Shown here piece after piece: positions 17,664 to 27,159 of a DNA stretch of 64,000 nucleotides; positions within the stretch are counted from its first letter, which is position 1; each line of letters begins with the position of its first letter. The notes under the pieces were generated by a model. That model was not told the origin of the DNA. It ran no database searches and worked only from the letters and a program-made list of their open reading frames with translations. This DNA is from Patescibacteria group bacterium (GTDB taxonomy: Bacteria > Patescibacteriota > Patescibacteriia > UBA10025 > JAHIVO01): the NCBI GenBank assembly GCA_041650915.1, contig JBAZKE010000003.1, forward strand, positions 149,226 to 213,225, in the 5' to 3' direction. The position numbers and the translations under genes were made by a program.

Positions 17664-19622
17664 ATGGTTTCGTATTGGTTTCTTTACAAATACGATTTTT
17701 TATGCTATAATAATTTTGTAAGTACATATTTTTTTTCGATTCAACGCGTGAAACCATTTAAACGCCATCACTACTTTCTTTTTTCTGCGATATTAGCAGG
17801 GTTTTTTTTAGGAGCCGTCGCAATTTTTTTAATTCAGCGCATTCCAACGGCCGAGCTGACGGGAGTAGGCGTCGGTAACCGCATGCAGCATGATGCGGAG
17901 ATTGCTTTGCAGTTTGATATGCCCGTTGCACGGTCAGTGAGCGTCACGATAGAACCGGAGGTGTTTGGAGAAATTCGTTTTGAGGATATGATCGTAGGCC
18001 ATCACCTCGCACGCCGAGTCGTTTTTCAGCCTGCGGTTACGTGGCAGCCAGGAGTTGAATACATGGTCCATGTATCAGGAGTCCGCAGTGCGCTGTTTCC
18101 GTACGGCGATGAACACGAGCAACTCATTACCTTCACCACCGAAAGTGAGCCCGACGTGAGTATCGTAACGCCGTCGCAAGATGGTGAAATCCGTTCAGAT
18201 GCCGAGTGGCGCATTGCGCTCGACCGTCCCAACCTCGGGAATTTTAATTTTTATTTTCATTTTGATCCGTCAGTTGAAGTCGAATCTTCGCTCTCGGAAG
18301 ACCGCGGGAGCTATCGAATCAAACCCGCGGGACTGCTCTCCCAGGGGCAGCAGTATGCACTGACAATCGAACGTGAGCCAATCAGATTTCTATACAATAC
18401 CGAGGAAGTCGCGTTCCGCGGCGAACCCGAAACCGTATGGCAGGGAAGCTGGAACGTCCGTAAGGCCCCCGGCATCGAGAGTTTTTCGCCCCAGGGTGAC
18501 CAGGTCGCAACGACTGCTGACCTGTCCATAACGTTCGATGAGAATATCGATCTCGCTTCATTCCGCGAGTCGGTGCAAGTTGAACCGGCGGTGGGCGGCT
18601 CATGGACGACAGCGGACTACCGAACCATAACGTTATCTCCGGCTGCGCTCGAACAGGCTGTGACCTATACGGTCAAGCTCGCGGCCGGACTCGAAACGTT
18701 CGGGGGAGGATACCTCGAGGAAGAGGCAGCCTACTCGTTTTCAACCATTGGACCGGCTGCGCTCGACCGGTCGTCACCTGCCGCTGGAGATACCGGCTTC
18801 AATGTGAACGGTGCGATGCGCCTCACGTTCGACCAGGAAGTCGACCACGCGTCCGCTCAAGAGCACTTTTCAATTTCGCCGCCCGTTGCAGGTACTTTTT
18901 CGTGGGACGGGTTGACCATGATTTTTCAGCCGACGGCGATGCTCTCGTTCAATACGGAGTATGCCATTACGCTCACGAGCGGCATTGCAGCTCCGGAGGG
19001 CGTACATTCGCAGCAAACCTACACGATTCCTTTTACGACGGAGCTATCGGTTACCAAGCTCTCAGTGGCGTTCCACCGGCAGGAGCACTCATTGAGCTGC
19101 GAGGTGGCAACTCTCGTTATGGCCCTCCAGTACCGTGGTTTATCAGTATCAGAAGCACAGCTTATTGATGCGATTGGATTTGACCCAACGCCCAAAGAAG
19201 GGGGTGTCTGGGGAAATCCCCACATTGCATTCGTTGGAGATATTGACGGCCGCCAGCCGACAACCGGCTATGGCGTGTACTGGCAGCCGGTTGCGCAGGC
19301 GGCGCAGGCGTACCGTAGTGCGCGGTGGTTTACAGACTGGAGCATCACTGACCTGACTGCGGAGATCCAGAAGGGCAATCCGGTCATTGTCTGGGGCACT
19401 GCCGGTTCCGGGTCGCGGATCGACTGGAAAACTCCGGAGGGCGGCAACGTCGTTGCGATCAACGGCGAGCATACCTACCTCGTCATCGGTTTCATGGGTT
19501 CTGCGAGCAATCCGACGAAAGTGATTGTGCTCGATCCGCTCTCAGGCGAACGCTACTTTACCCTGAGTTCGTTTTTATCCAACTGGGGGCTCCTGAACCG
19601 CAGCGGCGTGGTTGTTGAGTAG
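17664..19622 (+). CDS. membrane-anchored protein with tandem Ig-like (SbsA/Big_5-type) repeats and C-terminal C39-like cysteine-peptidase domain
   Basis: 652 aa. N-terminal TM helix (FLFSAILAGFFLGAVAIFLIQ). About four ~95-aa beta-sandwich repeats. C-terminal ~170 aa with candidate catalytic Cys (HSLSCEVATLVMALQY) and His (INGEHTYLVIGF), consistent with a Peptidase_C39_2 fold. Start is ambiguous: a TTTACA-17-TATAAT promoter at about 17687-17720 suggests a downstream GTG start near 17749. Confidence 0.55.
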   Translation: MVSYWFLYKYDFLCYNNFVSTYFFSIQRVKPFKRHHYFLFSAILAGFFLGAVAIFLIQRIPTAELTGVGVGNRMQHDAEIALQFDMPVARSVSVTIEPEVFGEIRFEDMIVGHHLARRVVFQPAVTWQPGVEYMVHVSGVRSALFPYGDEHEQLITFTTESEPDVSIVTPSQDGEIRSDAEWRIALDRPNLGNFNFYFHFDPSVEVESSLSEDRGSYRIKPAGLLSQGQQYALTIEREPIRFLYNTEEVAFRGEPETVWQGSWNVRKAPGIESFSPQGDQVATTADLSITFDENIDLASFRESVQVEPAVGGSWTTADYRTITLSPAALEQAVTYTVKLAAGLETFGGGYLEEEAAYSFSTIGPAALDRSSPAAGDTGFNVNGAMRLTFDQEVDHASAQEHFSISPPVAGTFSWDGLTMIFQPTAMLSFNTEYAITLTSGIAAPEGVHSQQTYTIPFTTELSVTKLSVAFHRQEHSLSCEVATLVMALQYRGLSVSEAQLIDAIGFDPTPKEGGVWGNPHIAFVGDIDGRQPTTGYGVYWQPVAQAAQAYRSARWFTDWSITDLTAEIQKGNPVIVWGTAGSGSRIDWKTPEGGNVVAINGEHTYLVIGFMGSASNPTKVIVLDPLSGERYFTLSSFLSNWGLLNRSGVVVE

Positions 19623-19666
19623 CAGTTGACAGGAAATACACGCTGGTGTAGTGTATTGAGTTATCT

Positions 19667-20470
19667 ATGAATAAGAGAATCCTCATCCTCAATACGGTTC
19701 TGGTGCTGCTGATCGTTGCCGGACTTGGGTATATCGGGCGTCACCAGATCATCGACCTCTGGGAAGGCTGGATGTCTGATCCGGTTCCAGAATCTATTAC
19801 CTATGTGGAAATACTCAATCGCAGCCTGAACGAGAACAAAGCCCAGGATGAAGCTATCCTGGACACGAACGCCGCTCCGGCAGAGCCCATGGTCGAAATA
19901 CCCGAAGTGATGAACCTCGATGTGCCGTTTACGACCCAATCGCCGTTTGCCGAATGGACCGAACAGGACAATGAATCATGCGAAGAGGCCGCCGCCTTAA
20001 CTGTCCATTATTACTGGCAGCAAAAAACATTTACCAAGCAAATAGCACAAGATGAATTGCAGGCGATCGTCGATTTTGAAAACGGTTACTTCGGTTTTTA
20101 CAAGGATACGACGGCAGCCCAGACGGCAGAATTTATCAAAGAGCTCTGGGGTTACGAGCGGGTTGATGTCGAGTACGGCATCACGGTCGAGGATATTAAG
20201 CGCGAGGTGGCGCAGGGGCGGCCGGTCATACTTCCTACCGCCGGGAGGTTGCTCGGCAACCCGAACTTCCGGGAACCGGGCCCGCTCTATCACATGGTCG
20301 TCGTACGCGGCTGGACCGAGAATATGATCCTCACGAATGATCCGGGCACCCGTAAGGGTGAGAACTACCAGTATGGGCCGGATGTTCTGTATGGAGCGAT
20401 CCACGACTGGAATGGCGGGGACGTCGATGCCGGCCAAAAGGCGATGATCGTCGTGTGGCCGAATGATTGA
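19667..20470 (+). CDS. membrane-anchored C39-like cysteine-peptidase domain protein
   Basis: 267 aa. N-terminal TM helix. Candidate catalytic Cys in NESCEEAAALTVHYYW and His in YHMVVVRGW, with the same domain order as the C-terminus of the preceding gene. Confidence 0.5.
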   Translation: MNKRILILNTVLVLLIVAGLGYIGRHQIIDLWEGWMSDPVPESITYVEILNRSLNENKAQDEAILDTNAAPAEPMVEIPEVMNLDVPFTTQSPFAEWTEQDNESCEEAAALTVHYYWQQKTFTKQIAQDELQAIVDFENGYFGFYKDTTAAQTAEFIKELWGYERVDVEYGITVEDIKREVAQGRPVILPTAGRLLGNPNFREPGPLYHMVVVRGWTENMILTNDPGTRKGENYQYGPDVLYGAIHDWNGGDVDAGQKAMIVVWPND

Positions 20471-20539
20471 AAAAAATTCACTGCTGCAGTATACTGGATG
20501 CAGAAAACTTCCTCTTTTTTATTTCAAATTTGATCTCGA

Positions 20540-21553
20540 GTGAAAAAAACACTCCTTCTCATTCTGTCCATCGTTGTCGGTATAGTTCTCTTTATCGGCG
20601 TTTTAATATACATCGGTCCCGAGGAGCTCGCGGTTGCTTTTGAGTCGTTTTCATGGGGGATGATAGCGATTATTGTCGCCCTGGGATTCCTGCAAATTTT
20701 TATCGCCATATACCGCTGGCAGGTCGTGCTGGCTGCCCACGGAGACCGGATCCCATTTCGCAAGCTCATCTCGCCGAAGTTTGTCGGTTTTACGGTCAGT
20801 TTTTTAACCCCCGGGATGTATATCGGGGGCGAACCTGTCCGCGCCTATTTGCTTAAGAAAAAGACGGGATTGCGGTACTCACGGGGGCTCGCTTCTATTA
20901 TGATCGACAAAATTCTCGATTTCACGTACCCGTTACCGTTTTTAATCGGCGCGCTCATATACGCGATGCTCACGTATGATATCTCGTGGGAGGGGGTTAG
21001 CGTGTTTGTCGCCGTCTTGGTGGTACTCATCGGGCTGCTCGGAATGTTTTACGTACAGACGTACCGGGGGCAAGGCTTTTTTTCATCGCTTATTAAATTA
21101 TTCCAGCTGCACCGTTTCAATAAGATCAAGAAGCTCATTGAAAAGATGCTCTATTTTGAAAAGCTCATCATCACTTTCTTTAACAACCGGAGGATTGTCG
21201 TAGTGCAAGGTTTGTTGCTCTCGCTTCTCGGCGGCGTGGTTACATTCATCCAGTTCATGGTCATACTCCATTCGCTCGGGATCGAAGCTGATATCGTTGA
21301 GATTCTGGTCATGATGGTGTTTATGATCCTCTCCTTTTTCATGCCGATTCCGGCATCGCTCGGATCATTTGAAGCGAGCCAGGTCATCGTATTCACTGCC
21401 CTCGGGTATCCAGCCTCGATCGGCGTTGCCTTTACGCTCATCCTGCGCGTTGCGGAGCTCGCTAAGCTCAGCATCGGATTAACGTTACTGTCTAACCTTG
21501 GCCTCAAATTTTTAAAGGAACTCCCCTCCAAGAACGGGGACCGCAGTGACTGA
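20540..21553 (+). CDS. flippase-like / UPF0104 (lysyl-PG-synthase TM-region-like) polytopic membrane protein
   Basis: 337 aa, GTG start, about 8 hydrophobic helices. N-terminal pattern LLILSIVVGIVLFIGVLIYIGPEELAVAFESFSWGMIAIIVALGFLQIFIAIYRWQVVL is typical of the family. Confidence 0.55.
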   Translation: MKKTLLLILSIVVGIVLFIGVLIYIGPEELAVAFESFSWGMIAIIVALGFLQIFIAIYRWQVVLAAHGDRIPFRKLISPKFVGFTVSFLTPGMYIGGEPVRAYLLKKKTGLRYSRGLASIMIDKILDFTYPLPFLIGALIYAMLTYDISWEGVSVFVAVLVVLIGLLGMFYVQTYRGQGFFSSLIKLFQLHRFNKIKKLIEKMLYFEKLIITFFNNRRIVVVQGLLLSLLGGVVTFIQFMVILHSLGIEADIVEILVMMVFMILSFFMPIPASLGSFEASQVIVFTALGYPASIGVAFTLILRVAELAKLSIGLTLLSNLGLKFLKELPSKNGDRSD

Positions 21554-21685
21554 GTAGGGCAGCATTGCGAACAGCGGACGAATTGCGCATGCCCGTTTTT
21601 TTTGTACTTGACTGCCGAAGCCCTTCGCCCTATACTTGTGGATAAGTATGATTTTTCATACTTTTATTCGTAAACTCACACGTCC

Positions 21686-21940
21686 ATGCATTTACCGCAA
21701 CATCATGGCATATCCTATGGCGCAACGACCATCGGAGCCAGGGGGCAAGTCGTCATCCCGGCCCAAGCCAGAAAAGACCTTAACCTGAAAGAAGGCGACC
21801 GATTATTGGTTTTATGCTGGCAAGGCAAATTGCTCGGGCTCGTAAAGAGCGAGACGATTGATGAGTATATCGATATGATAACAAAAAAAATGTCTAAAGG
21901 AATTGAGGAACTCAAAAAAATGAAAGTCTCAGCAAAGTAA
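21686..21940 (+). CDS. AbrB/MazE/SpoVT-family DNA-binding protein
   Basis: 84 aa. Swapped-hairpin motif TTIGARGQVVIPAQARKDLNLKEGDRLLV. A TTGACT-17-TATACT promoter-like element lies about 55 nt upstream. Confidence 0.55.
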   Translation: MHLPQHHGISYGATTIGARGQVVIPAQARKDLNLKEGDRLLVLCWQGKLLGLVKSETIDEYIDMITKKMSKGIEELKKMKVSAK

Positions 21941-21967
21941 AGAGGGAGTGCAATAACAGCATTTGGC

Positions 21968-22777
21968 ATGGAATACATCATTGAAGTTAAAAATTTGGTA
22001 AAAGAATTCAAGGGTTTCCGCGCTGTGGATGATATTTCATTTTACGTAAAGCGGGGTGAGGTGTTCGGCTTTTTGGGGCCAAACGGCGCTGGCAAATCAA
22101 CGACAATCAAGATGCTGTGCACGCTCCTGAGGCCCACCTCTGGCAGTGGAAGGGTGGCGGAGCATGACATTGTAGAAGATCCGGCGCTTGTCCGTGAGCA
22201 CATCGGGCTGGTGGCCGAGAAAATAATTTTATACGATCGGCTTACGGCGCTGGAAAATTTGATGTTCTTCGGCAGCTTGTACCATCTGCCGAAAAAAGAG
22301 ATTGCTGATCGTGCAAAAAAATGGCTGCAGACGCTCGAGATGGGCAAATGGCAGGATAAGCCCGTTGGCACGTTTTCGACCGGCATGAAGCAGCGCGTCA
22401 ATATCGCCCGCGCCCTGTTGACCCAGCCGGAGGTGATGTTTCTGGACGAGCCAACTCTCGGTTTGGACCCCCAGACATCGCGCTCAATCCGCGATTTTAT
22501 CAAAGACCTGCATGCGCATGGCGTTACGGTGATACTCACTACCCATATCATGCCGGAAGCTGACGAGCTGGCGGATACGATCGCCATCATTGACCATGGC
22601 AAGATTATTGCGCTGAATACGCCTCAAAATTTGAAGCTGAGCATTCAGAAAGAGAATGCGACGCTGGAAGACGTTTTCCTGCAGTTGACCGGCAGGGACA
22701 TGCGCGAAGAGACGCACAACAATGTTCCATCGGCCCGTGGCGGACATATGTTCGGCGGCAGGTCAAGAATCAGGTAG
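21968..22777 (+). CDS. ABC transporter ATP-binding protein
   Basis: Walker A GPNGAGKST, ABC signature STGMKQR and Walker B MFLDEPTLGLDP. Confidence 0.85.
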   Translation: MEYIIEVKNLVKEFKGFRAVDDISFYVKRGEVFGFLGPNGAGKSTTIKMLCTLLRPTSGSGRVAEHDIVEDPALVREHIGLVAEKIILYDRLTALENLMFFGSLYHLPKKEIADRAKKWLQTLEMGKWQDKPVGTFSTGMKQRVNIARALLTQPEVMFLDEPTLGLDPQTSRSIRDFIKDLHAHGVTVILTTHIMPEADELADTIAIIDHGKIIALNTPQNLKLSIQKENATLEDVFLQLTGRDMREETHNNVPSARGGHMFGGRSRIR

Positions 22778-22789
22778 CTCACGTAACGT

Positions 22790-24001
22790 ATGAAAAAAAT
22801 CACGCAAGTATTTATCGACAGTTACCGGATGGCGCGCAAGGACCTCTTGGATTTTTTCCGCGACCGGATGCAGCTCGTCTTCTTCATCATCATGCCGATT
22901 TTTATGATGATCATGACCGGCTTCATTTTTCCGACGGAAAATTCACTGAAAGATATTCCATTGGGCATCGCCAATCAGGATACCGGGCAGATGAGTACGA
23001 CTATGACCGAAGTATTTGCCGAAATGAAGACGTCCGACGGAGATACGATCTTTTCCGTTCAAACGTATTCGGATGCCGCTGAACTGAAAGACGCGATAAA
23101 GGCGCAGAAAATCAACGGCGGTGTTTTTATTGCTGCTGATTTTTCCCGAGCAGTGGAGCAAAACCAGCAAGCCTCGGTGACAATTATCCCCGACCAGTCG
23201 AATCCGCAGATAGCGCAAGTTTTAACCCAGTTGCTGCAGCAGGTCATTGCGGGAACCTCGACCAATGTTGCCCAGGCGAAGGTTGATGAGATGATCAAGC
23301 TGACGGCTGCCGCCAATCCGCAGTTGGCCCAGGTCAACGCTGAGGCAGTCATACAGCCGATCCAATCTGCCATTGACGATCTCATTCCAGGCAAGCCGAA
23401 CTATTTCCAGTTTGTCGCGCCTGGCATCATGGCTATGATCGTGATGATGTCGGTCATGACGGGCCTTGCCGTATCCGTCTCGCGGGAACGCGAAGCCGGT
23501 ACTCTCGACGGGCTGCTCATTGCTCCGGTGTCCCGGCTGTCGATTATCCTCGGTAAAGCTTTTTCCCAGACAGCCCGTGGCATGATCCAGGGCATGGTCG
23601 TGCTCCTCTTGGCGATACTCATTTTTGGAGTGCATGTTTATGGCAATTGGCTGATTATGATCCTGCTGCTTTTCCTCGGCGTATTCGCTTTCATGGGCAT
23701 CGGCATTTTGGTTTCCGCACTCGCTTCAGCGCAGGAATCGGCCATGACCATCATGATGACATTCCAGTTTCCGATGATGTTTTTATCAGGCGTTTTTTTT
23801 CCGATCCAGCAGATGCCGCAGGCAATGCAGTACATTTCCAAAGTGATCCCGCTGACCTATGAAGCGACAGCACTGCGGAAGGTCATCGTCTTGGGCGCCG
23901 GCCTGAGTTCGGTCTGGACTGAGGTGCTCATTCTTTTTATTGTCGGCGCCGCGATGCTCGCTATTGCCGTTCCGACGTTCAGGCGGGTTATTACCAGGTG
24001 A
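22790..24001 (+). CDS. ABC-2 type exporter permease
   Basis: 403 aa. One N-terminal TM helix, a large extracytoplasmic loop and 5 C-terminal TM helices, the ABC-2 membrane architecture; immediately follows the ATPase. Confidence 0.7.
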   Translation: MKKITQVFIDSYRMARKDLLDFFRDRMQLVFFIIMPIFMMIMTGFIFPTENSLKDIPLGIANQDTGQMSTTMTEVFAEMKTSDGDTIFSVQTYSDAAELKDAIKAQKINGGVFIAADFSRAVEQNQQASVTIIPDQSNPQIAQVLTQLLQQVIAGTSTNVAQAKVDEMIKLTAAANPQLAQVNAEAVIQPIQSAIDDLIPGKPNYFQFVAPGIMAMIVMMSVMTGLAVSVSREREAGTLDGLLIAPVSRLSIILGKAFSQTARGMIQGMVVLLLAILIFGVHVYGNWLIMILLLFLGVFAFMGIGILVSALASAQESAMTIMMTFQFPMMFLSGVFFPIQQMPQAMQYISKVIPLTYEATALRKVIVLGAGLSSVWTEVLILFIVGAAMLAIAVPTFRRVITR

Positions 24002-24031
24002 TCGGAATTAAACAATTTTCCGCACGATTTC

Positions 24032-24391
24032 ATGTCAAAAAAAATTTCCGCCGGTCTATTTGCCGTTATCGGCATGGCACTGCCAGCCGTTAGCTTGGCA
24101 CAAGCAGGCGCCGGCCAATACGGTTCTACTTTCGGGATAGGAACCGCGGATCTGGCTTCAACGGTTATCATGATCGTACAGTGGGTTTTGGGATTCTTAG
24201 GCCTGGTCGCTGTACTCATGATTATCTACGGTGGTTTTATTTTACTGACGGTGGGTGGCGGCAATGAGGAGCGGGCGGCATCATCAAAAAAAATAATCAC
24301 GGCGGCTGTCATAGGGTTGGCCGTTGTTCTACTGGCGTGGGCGATTGTCACGTTTGTGATCGGAACGACGGGTAACGTGGCGACCGGCTGA
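24032..24391 (+). CDS. TrbC/VirB2-like T4SS pilin family protein (signal peptide plus two hydrophobic helices)
   Basis: 119 aa. Signal peptide with AQA cleavage site. The mature part is paralogous to the truncated ORF at 1..239. Starts 30 nt after the ABC-2 permease stop. Confidence 0.5.
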   Translation: MSKKISAGLFAVIGMALPAVSLAQAGAGQYGSTFGIGTADLASTVIMIVQWVLGFLGLVAVLMIIYGGFILLTVGGGNEERAASSKKIITAAVIGLAVVLLAWAIVTFVIGTTGNVATG

Positions 24392-24643
24392 GCGCCCCAA
24401 CGCGGCTATATTCCTCAAAAAGCATCACCGTCTTGGGCTCCGTCTAGGCTAGGAAGCTTTTTCCCATTCAGCACTTCGATGCCCGCAATCTTCCATTGCG
24501 GCTATTGAGAAGGCTGTAATTCCATCAAGAGCAAGCGCCTGCCGCCGGCATTGACATACTGTGCAGGGGGTGTATATTTAACAGATTTTTACCGTGGTAT
24601 ACTCATATCGTGAATTAATATATAAACGTTAGGGAATTGACCT

Positions 24644-25177
24644 ATGGGAGAAGTACCAATACCGGTGGAGGATTTGGAGGAAGCGCAATCTTTTGATGCA
24701 GGCCGTAAATCCATGCCCGATGCTTCAGATGGAGCGGAGGAACCTGACGATGAAGGCGGAGAAGCTGAAGTGCCTGAGGAATTTCCGACAGAAACGGGTG
24801 TGGATAACATGGTTTTTGAGTCGGAGGCAAGCTTGGAAGCTGAAGACATCGCCGAGCATCTTAATGCCGTTTTTAGCCGTGGCCTGCCAAAAGGAGCAGA
24901 AATACTGCCAAACGATATACTCGAGCAGTACGCCATGTTCAGGGCTAATGGCCAACCGGCTCGGGAGTGCCGTGCCACTAGAATTTTCGGTGAAAAGCTG
25001 GGCAAACCCGATGTCGTGATAGAAATCATCAAGGCAGGCCAGAAGCTCGCACTGAAGGAGCGGCGGGCGGAATGGAATGGCGTTGATAGGGAACCGTCAC
25101 CAGAGATACAGAAGATGATCGATAACGGGGAGCTGAATCCCGATGAAGTAACGGAGTACATGGAATCGCTCGTCTGA
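24644..25177 (+). CDS. acidic hypothetical protein
   Basis: 177 aa, very acidic N-terminus (EEPDDEGGEAEVPEE); a TTGACA...TATATT promoter-like element lies upstream around 24553-24580. Confidence 0.4.
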   Translation: MGEVPIPVEDLEEAQSFDAGRKSMPDASDGAEEPDDEGGEAEVPEEFPTETGVDNMVFESEASLEAEDIAEHLNAVFSRGLPKGAEILPNDILEQYAMFRANGQPARECRATRIFGEKLGKPDVVIEIIKAGQKLALKERRAEWNGVDREPSPEIQKMIDNGELNPDEVTEYMESLV

Positions 25178-25197
25178 CCGATAACACATTAATTGCA

Positions 25198-25233
25198 GGA
25201 GCGGCGCTAACCGCGCCGCTCCTATTTTTATTT
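25198..25233 (+). terminator. Rho-independent terminator candidate
   Basis: GGAGCGGCGC-TAACC-GCGCCGCTCC hairpin followed by TATTTTTATTT. Confidence 0.5.
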
Positions 25234-25268
25234 CCGCTAGCTATGCGGTATACTATTAATACGGACAC

Positions 25269-27146
25269 ATGAGTAAATCATTTCCTATGGATACCCACTC
25301 AGAGCTCACTCCGGAGCAAAAGAAGCAGTTAGCCAGGTCAAAGGCGATCCTGTGGATCGGGCTGACGGTCATCGTACTGCTCGGACTGGCTGTGGCCGTG
25401 TATTTTGTATTTTTGAAAAGTTCGGATGAAAATCTGAATACCAGTACGGACGAATCAACTCTCAATAGTAACGCTGAGGCAAGTCAGAACATTAATGTTT
25501 CTGGATTGAATAACGTCGATATCAGTACGGAGTACGCCGTCGTTACCGAGGAGCCGGATTTGGTGACATGGGAGCCGATCCAGTGTACGGGTGATCTGCT
25601 ACGTGTTGATCTACAAGTACCGATGGCATGGTCAACGTTTGTCTTCGTCGAGGGATCGAGCAGTTTATCGGGGCGGCTGCTTTTTTCAAATTCCAGTACA
25701 CTTGGATTCAACCTCAATAGGATGACCGTTCCGGCAGGGACGCCGTTCCAAGAGTACCTGGAGGAGTATAGCAGAAGCGCTGCCGGCTTTTCATCGGCCA
25801 GCGGAGAAAAAAAGGACATCGTATTCGGGGCGATCGGAGATCGTAAGATCGCAGTGCTCGATATTCTCTCTGACGAAGGGACGTACCTGACCCGCAACGT
25901 TTTTTTCAGCGTTGAACCGTACATCATTAGAATTGAAACCCACGGCCCGCTCGATGAGTATCGGCAGGCTGCAGCCACGTTTGCACGGATTATCGGCAGT
26001 GTGGAGATTAGCGGCATATCGGTCGATACGGGTATACGGTGGCTATCCCAAAAGGACGATCAGTTTGGGTATTCAGTGCACTATCCGAGCACGTGGAAGC
26101 ATTCGAATAAGACAACAATTTTGCCGAATACCTGGGAGAGTCTTGTGTTCGGGATATACAAAACGTATACGAACAGTAACGGGGATGCTGATTCGGGTTC
26201 TTTTGAGATTCGATACTCCATGGAGCCGTTTGACGGTTTACTTGAAGAGTGGGTTCGTGCACATGATTATCGTTTCGATAATGATGCGATCACAGTTCGT
26301 ACGTTCGAGTCGACTGAATTGACTGGCCATAATGCACTGTACCTCGAAGCGACCAGCAATGTTGCTGGTGGTTATATAAATTCGTACTTTCTGGACGTTC
26401 AAGGGTATGTGATGCATATTGGCATCAATTCGCGGATACTTTCTATCGACAAAGAAAACCAGCAGGACTTTGACGATACGGTTGAGCGGATGATGAGCTC
26501 CTTTACTTTTTCGGAAGAACCGACGTTCTTGCTCAGCGATACGTATGAGTACGAAGAGTCTATCACAAATTCGGCAACCGGCGCGTCGTACGCGATCCGT
26601 CGCCCAAAGATGTGGGAACACTGTGGTAAGTCTGGTTGCGCACTTGTAGAAGTTGCCGATAATACTACATATAATGTCGTCGCCTATCTTTTTATAAAAG
26701 AGGGGGGCTTCTACCCATCCGCTTCGATTGCCGGTTTTTTGGATGCTGATACGATCGTATTGCATTATCGGTCATGGGATCACGGTGGTGGATACGATCG
26801 CCTTTTTTCACTCAATCTGAAAACCTACACACAGACGGAACTTCTATTTTATGATTCACGGGAAGATTCTTCGAGTGGGAAGTACATGTCAAACTCGATT
26901 TATTTTAAAAAGGATGGCAAGGAGCTGGCATTTGTGAATAACGTTGTGCCATACACAGCTGAGTATACGGAGACCGGCGTATGGGTGAATGCGGGTGACG
27001 GTTGGGAGCAGCTATCTTTTGCGGAAGAGCCAACGTTCAATATTGATTTCAAGCCACTCGAGAATTACCGGAACGGCAATCTGTTGTCATTGACTATCAA
27101 TAGTCGCCAGTACACGTTTGATTTTGATACGATGGCGTTTCAGTAG
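25269..27146 (+). CDS. hypothetical membrane-anchored extracytoplasmic protein with PsbP/Mog1-like motif (tentative)
   Basis: 625 aa, N-terminal TM helix; internal motif RWLSQKDDQFGYSVHYPSTWK is related to 27160..28209 and 4857..5459. Confidence 0.45.
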   Translation: MSKSFPMDTHSELTPEQKKQLARSKAILWIGLTVIVLLGLAVAVYFVFLKSSDENLNTSTDESTLNSNAEASQNINVSGLNNVDISTEYAVVTEEPDLVTWEPIQCTGDLLRVDLQVPMAWSTFVFVEGSSSLSGRLLFSNSSTLGFNLNRMTVPAGTPFQEYLEEYSRSAAGFSSASGEKKDIVFGAIGDRKIAVLDILSDEGTYLTRNVFFSVEPYIIRIETHGPLDEYRQAAATFARIIGSVEISGISVDTGIRWLSQKDDQFGYSVHYPSTWKHSNKTTILPNTWESLVFGIYKTYTNSNGDADSGSFEIRYSMEPFDGLLEEWVRAHDYRFDNDAITVRTFESTELTGHNALYLEATSNVAGGYINSYFLDVQGYVMHIGINSRILSIDKENQQDFDDTVERMMSSFTFSEEPTFLLSDTYEYEESITNSATGASYAIRRPKMWEHCGKSGCALVEVADNTTYNVVAYLFIKEGGFYPSASIAGFLDADTIVLHYRSWDHGGGYDRLFSLNLKTYTQTELLFYDSREDSSSGKYMSNSIYFKKDGKELAFVNNVVPYTAEYTETGVWVNAGDGWEQLSFAEEPTFNIDFKPLENYRNGNLLSLTINSRQYTFDFDTMAFQ

Positions 27147-27159
27147 GGAATCGAAAAGT

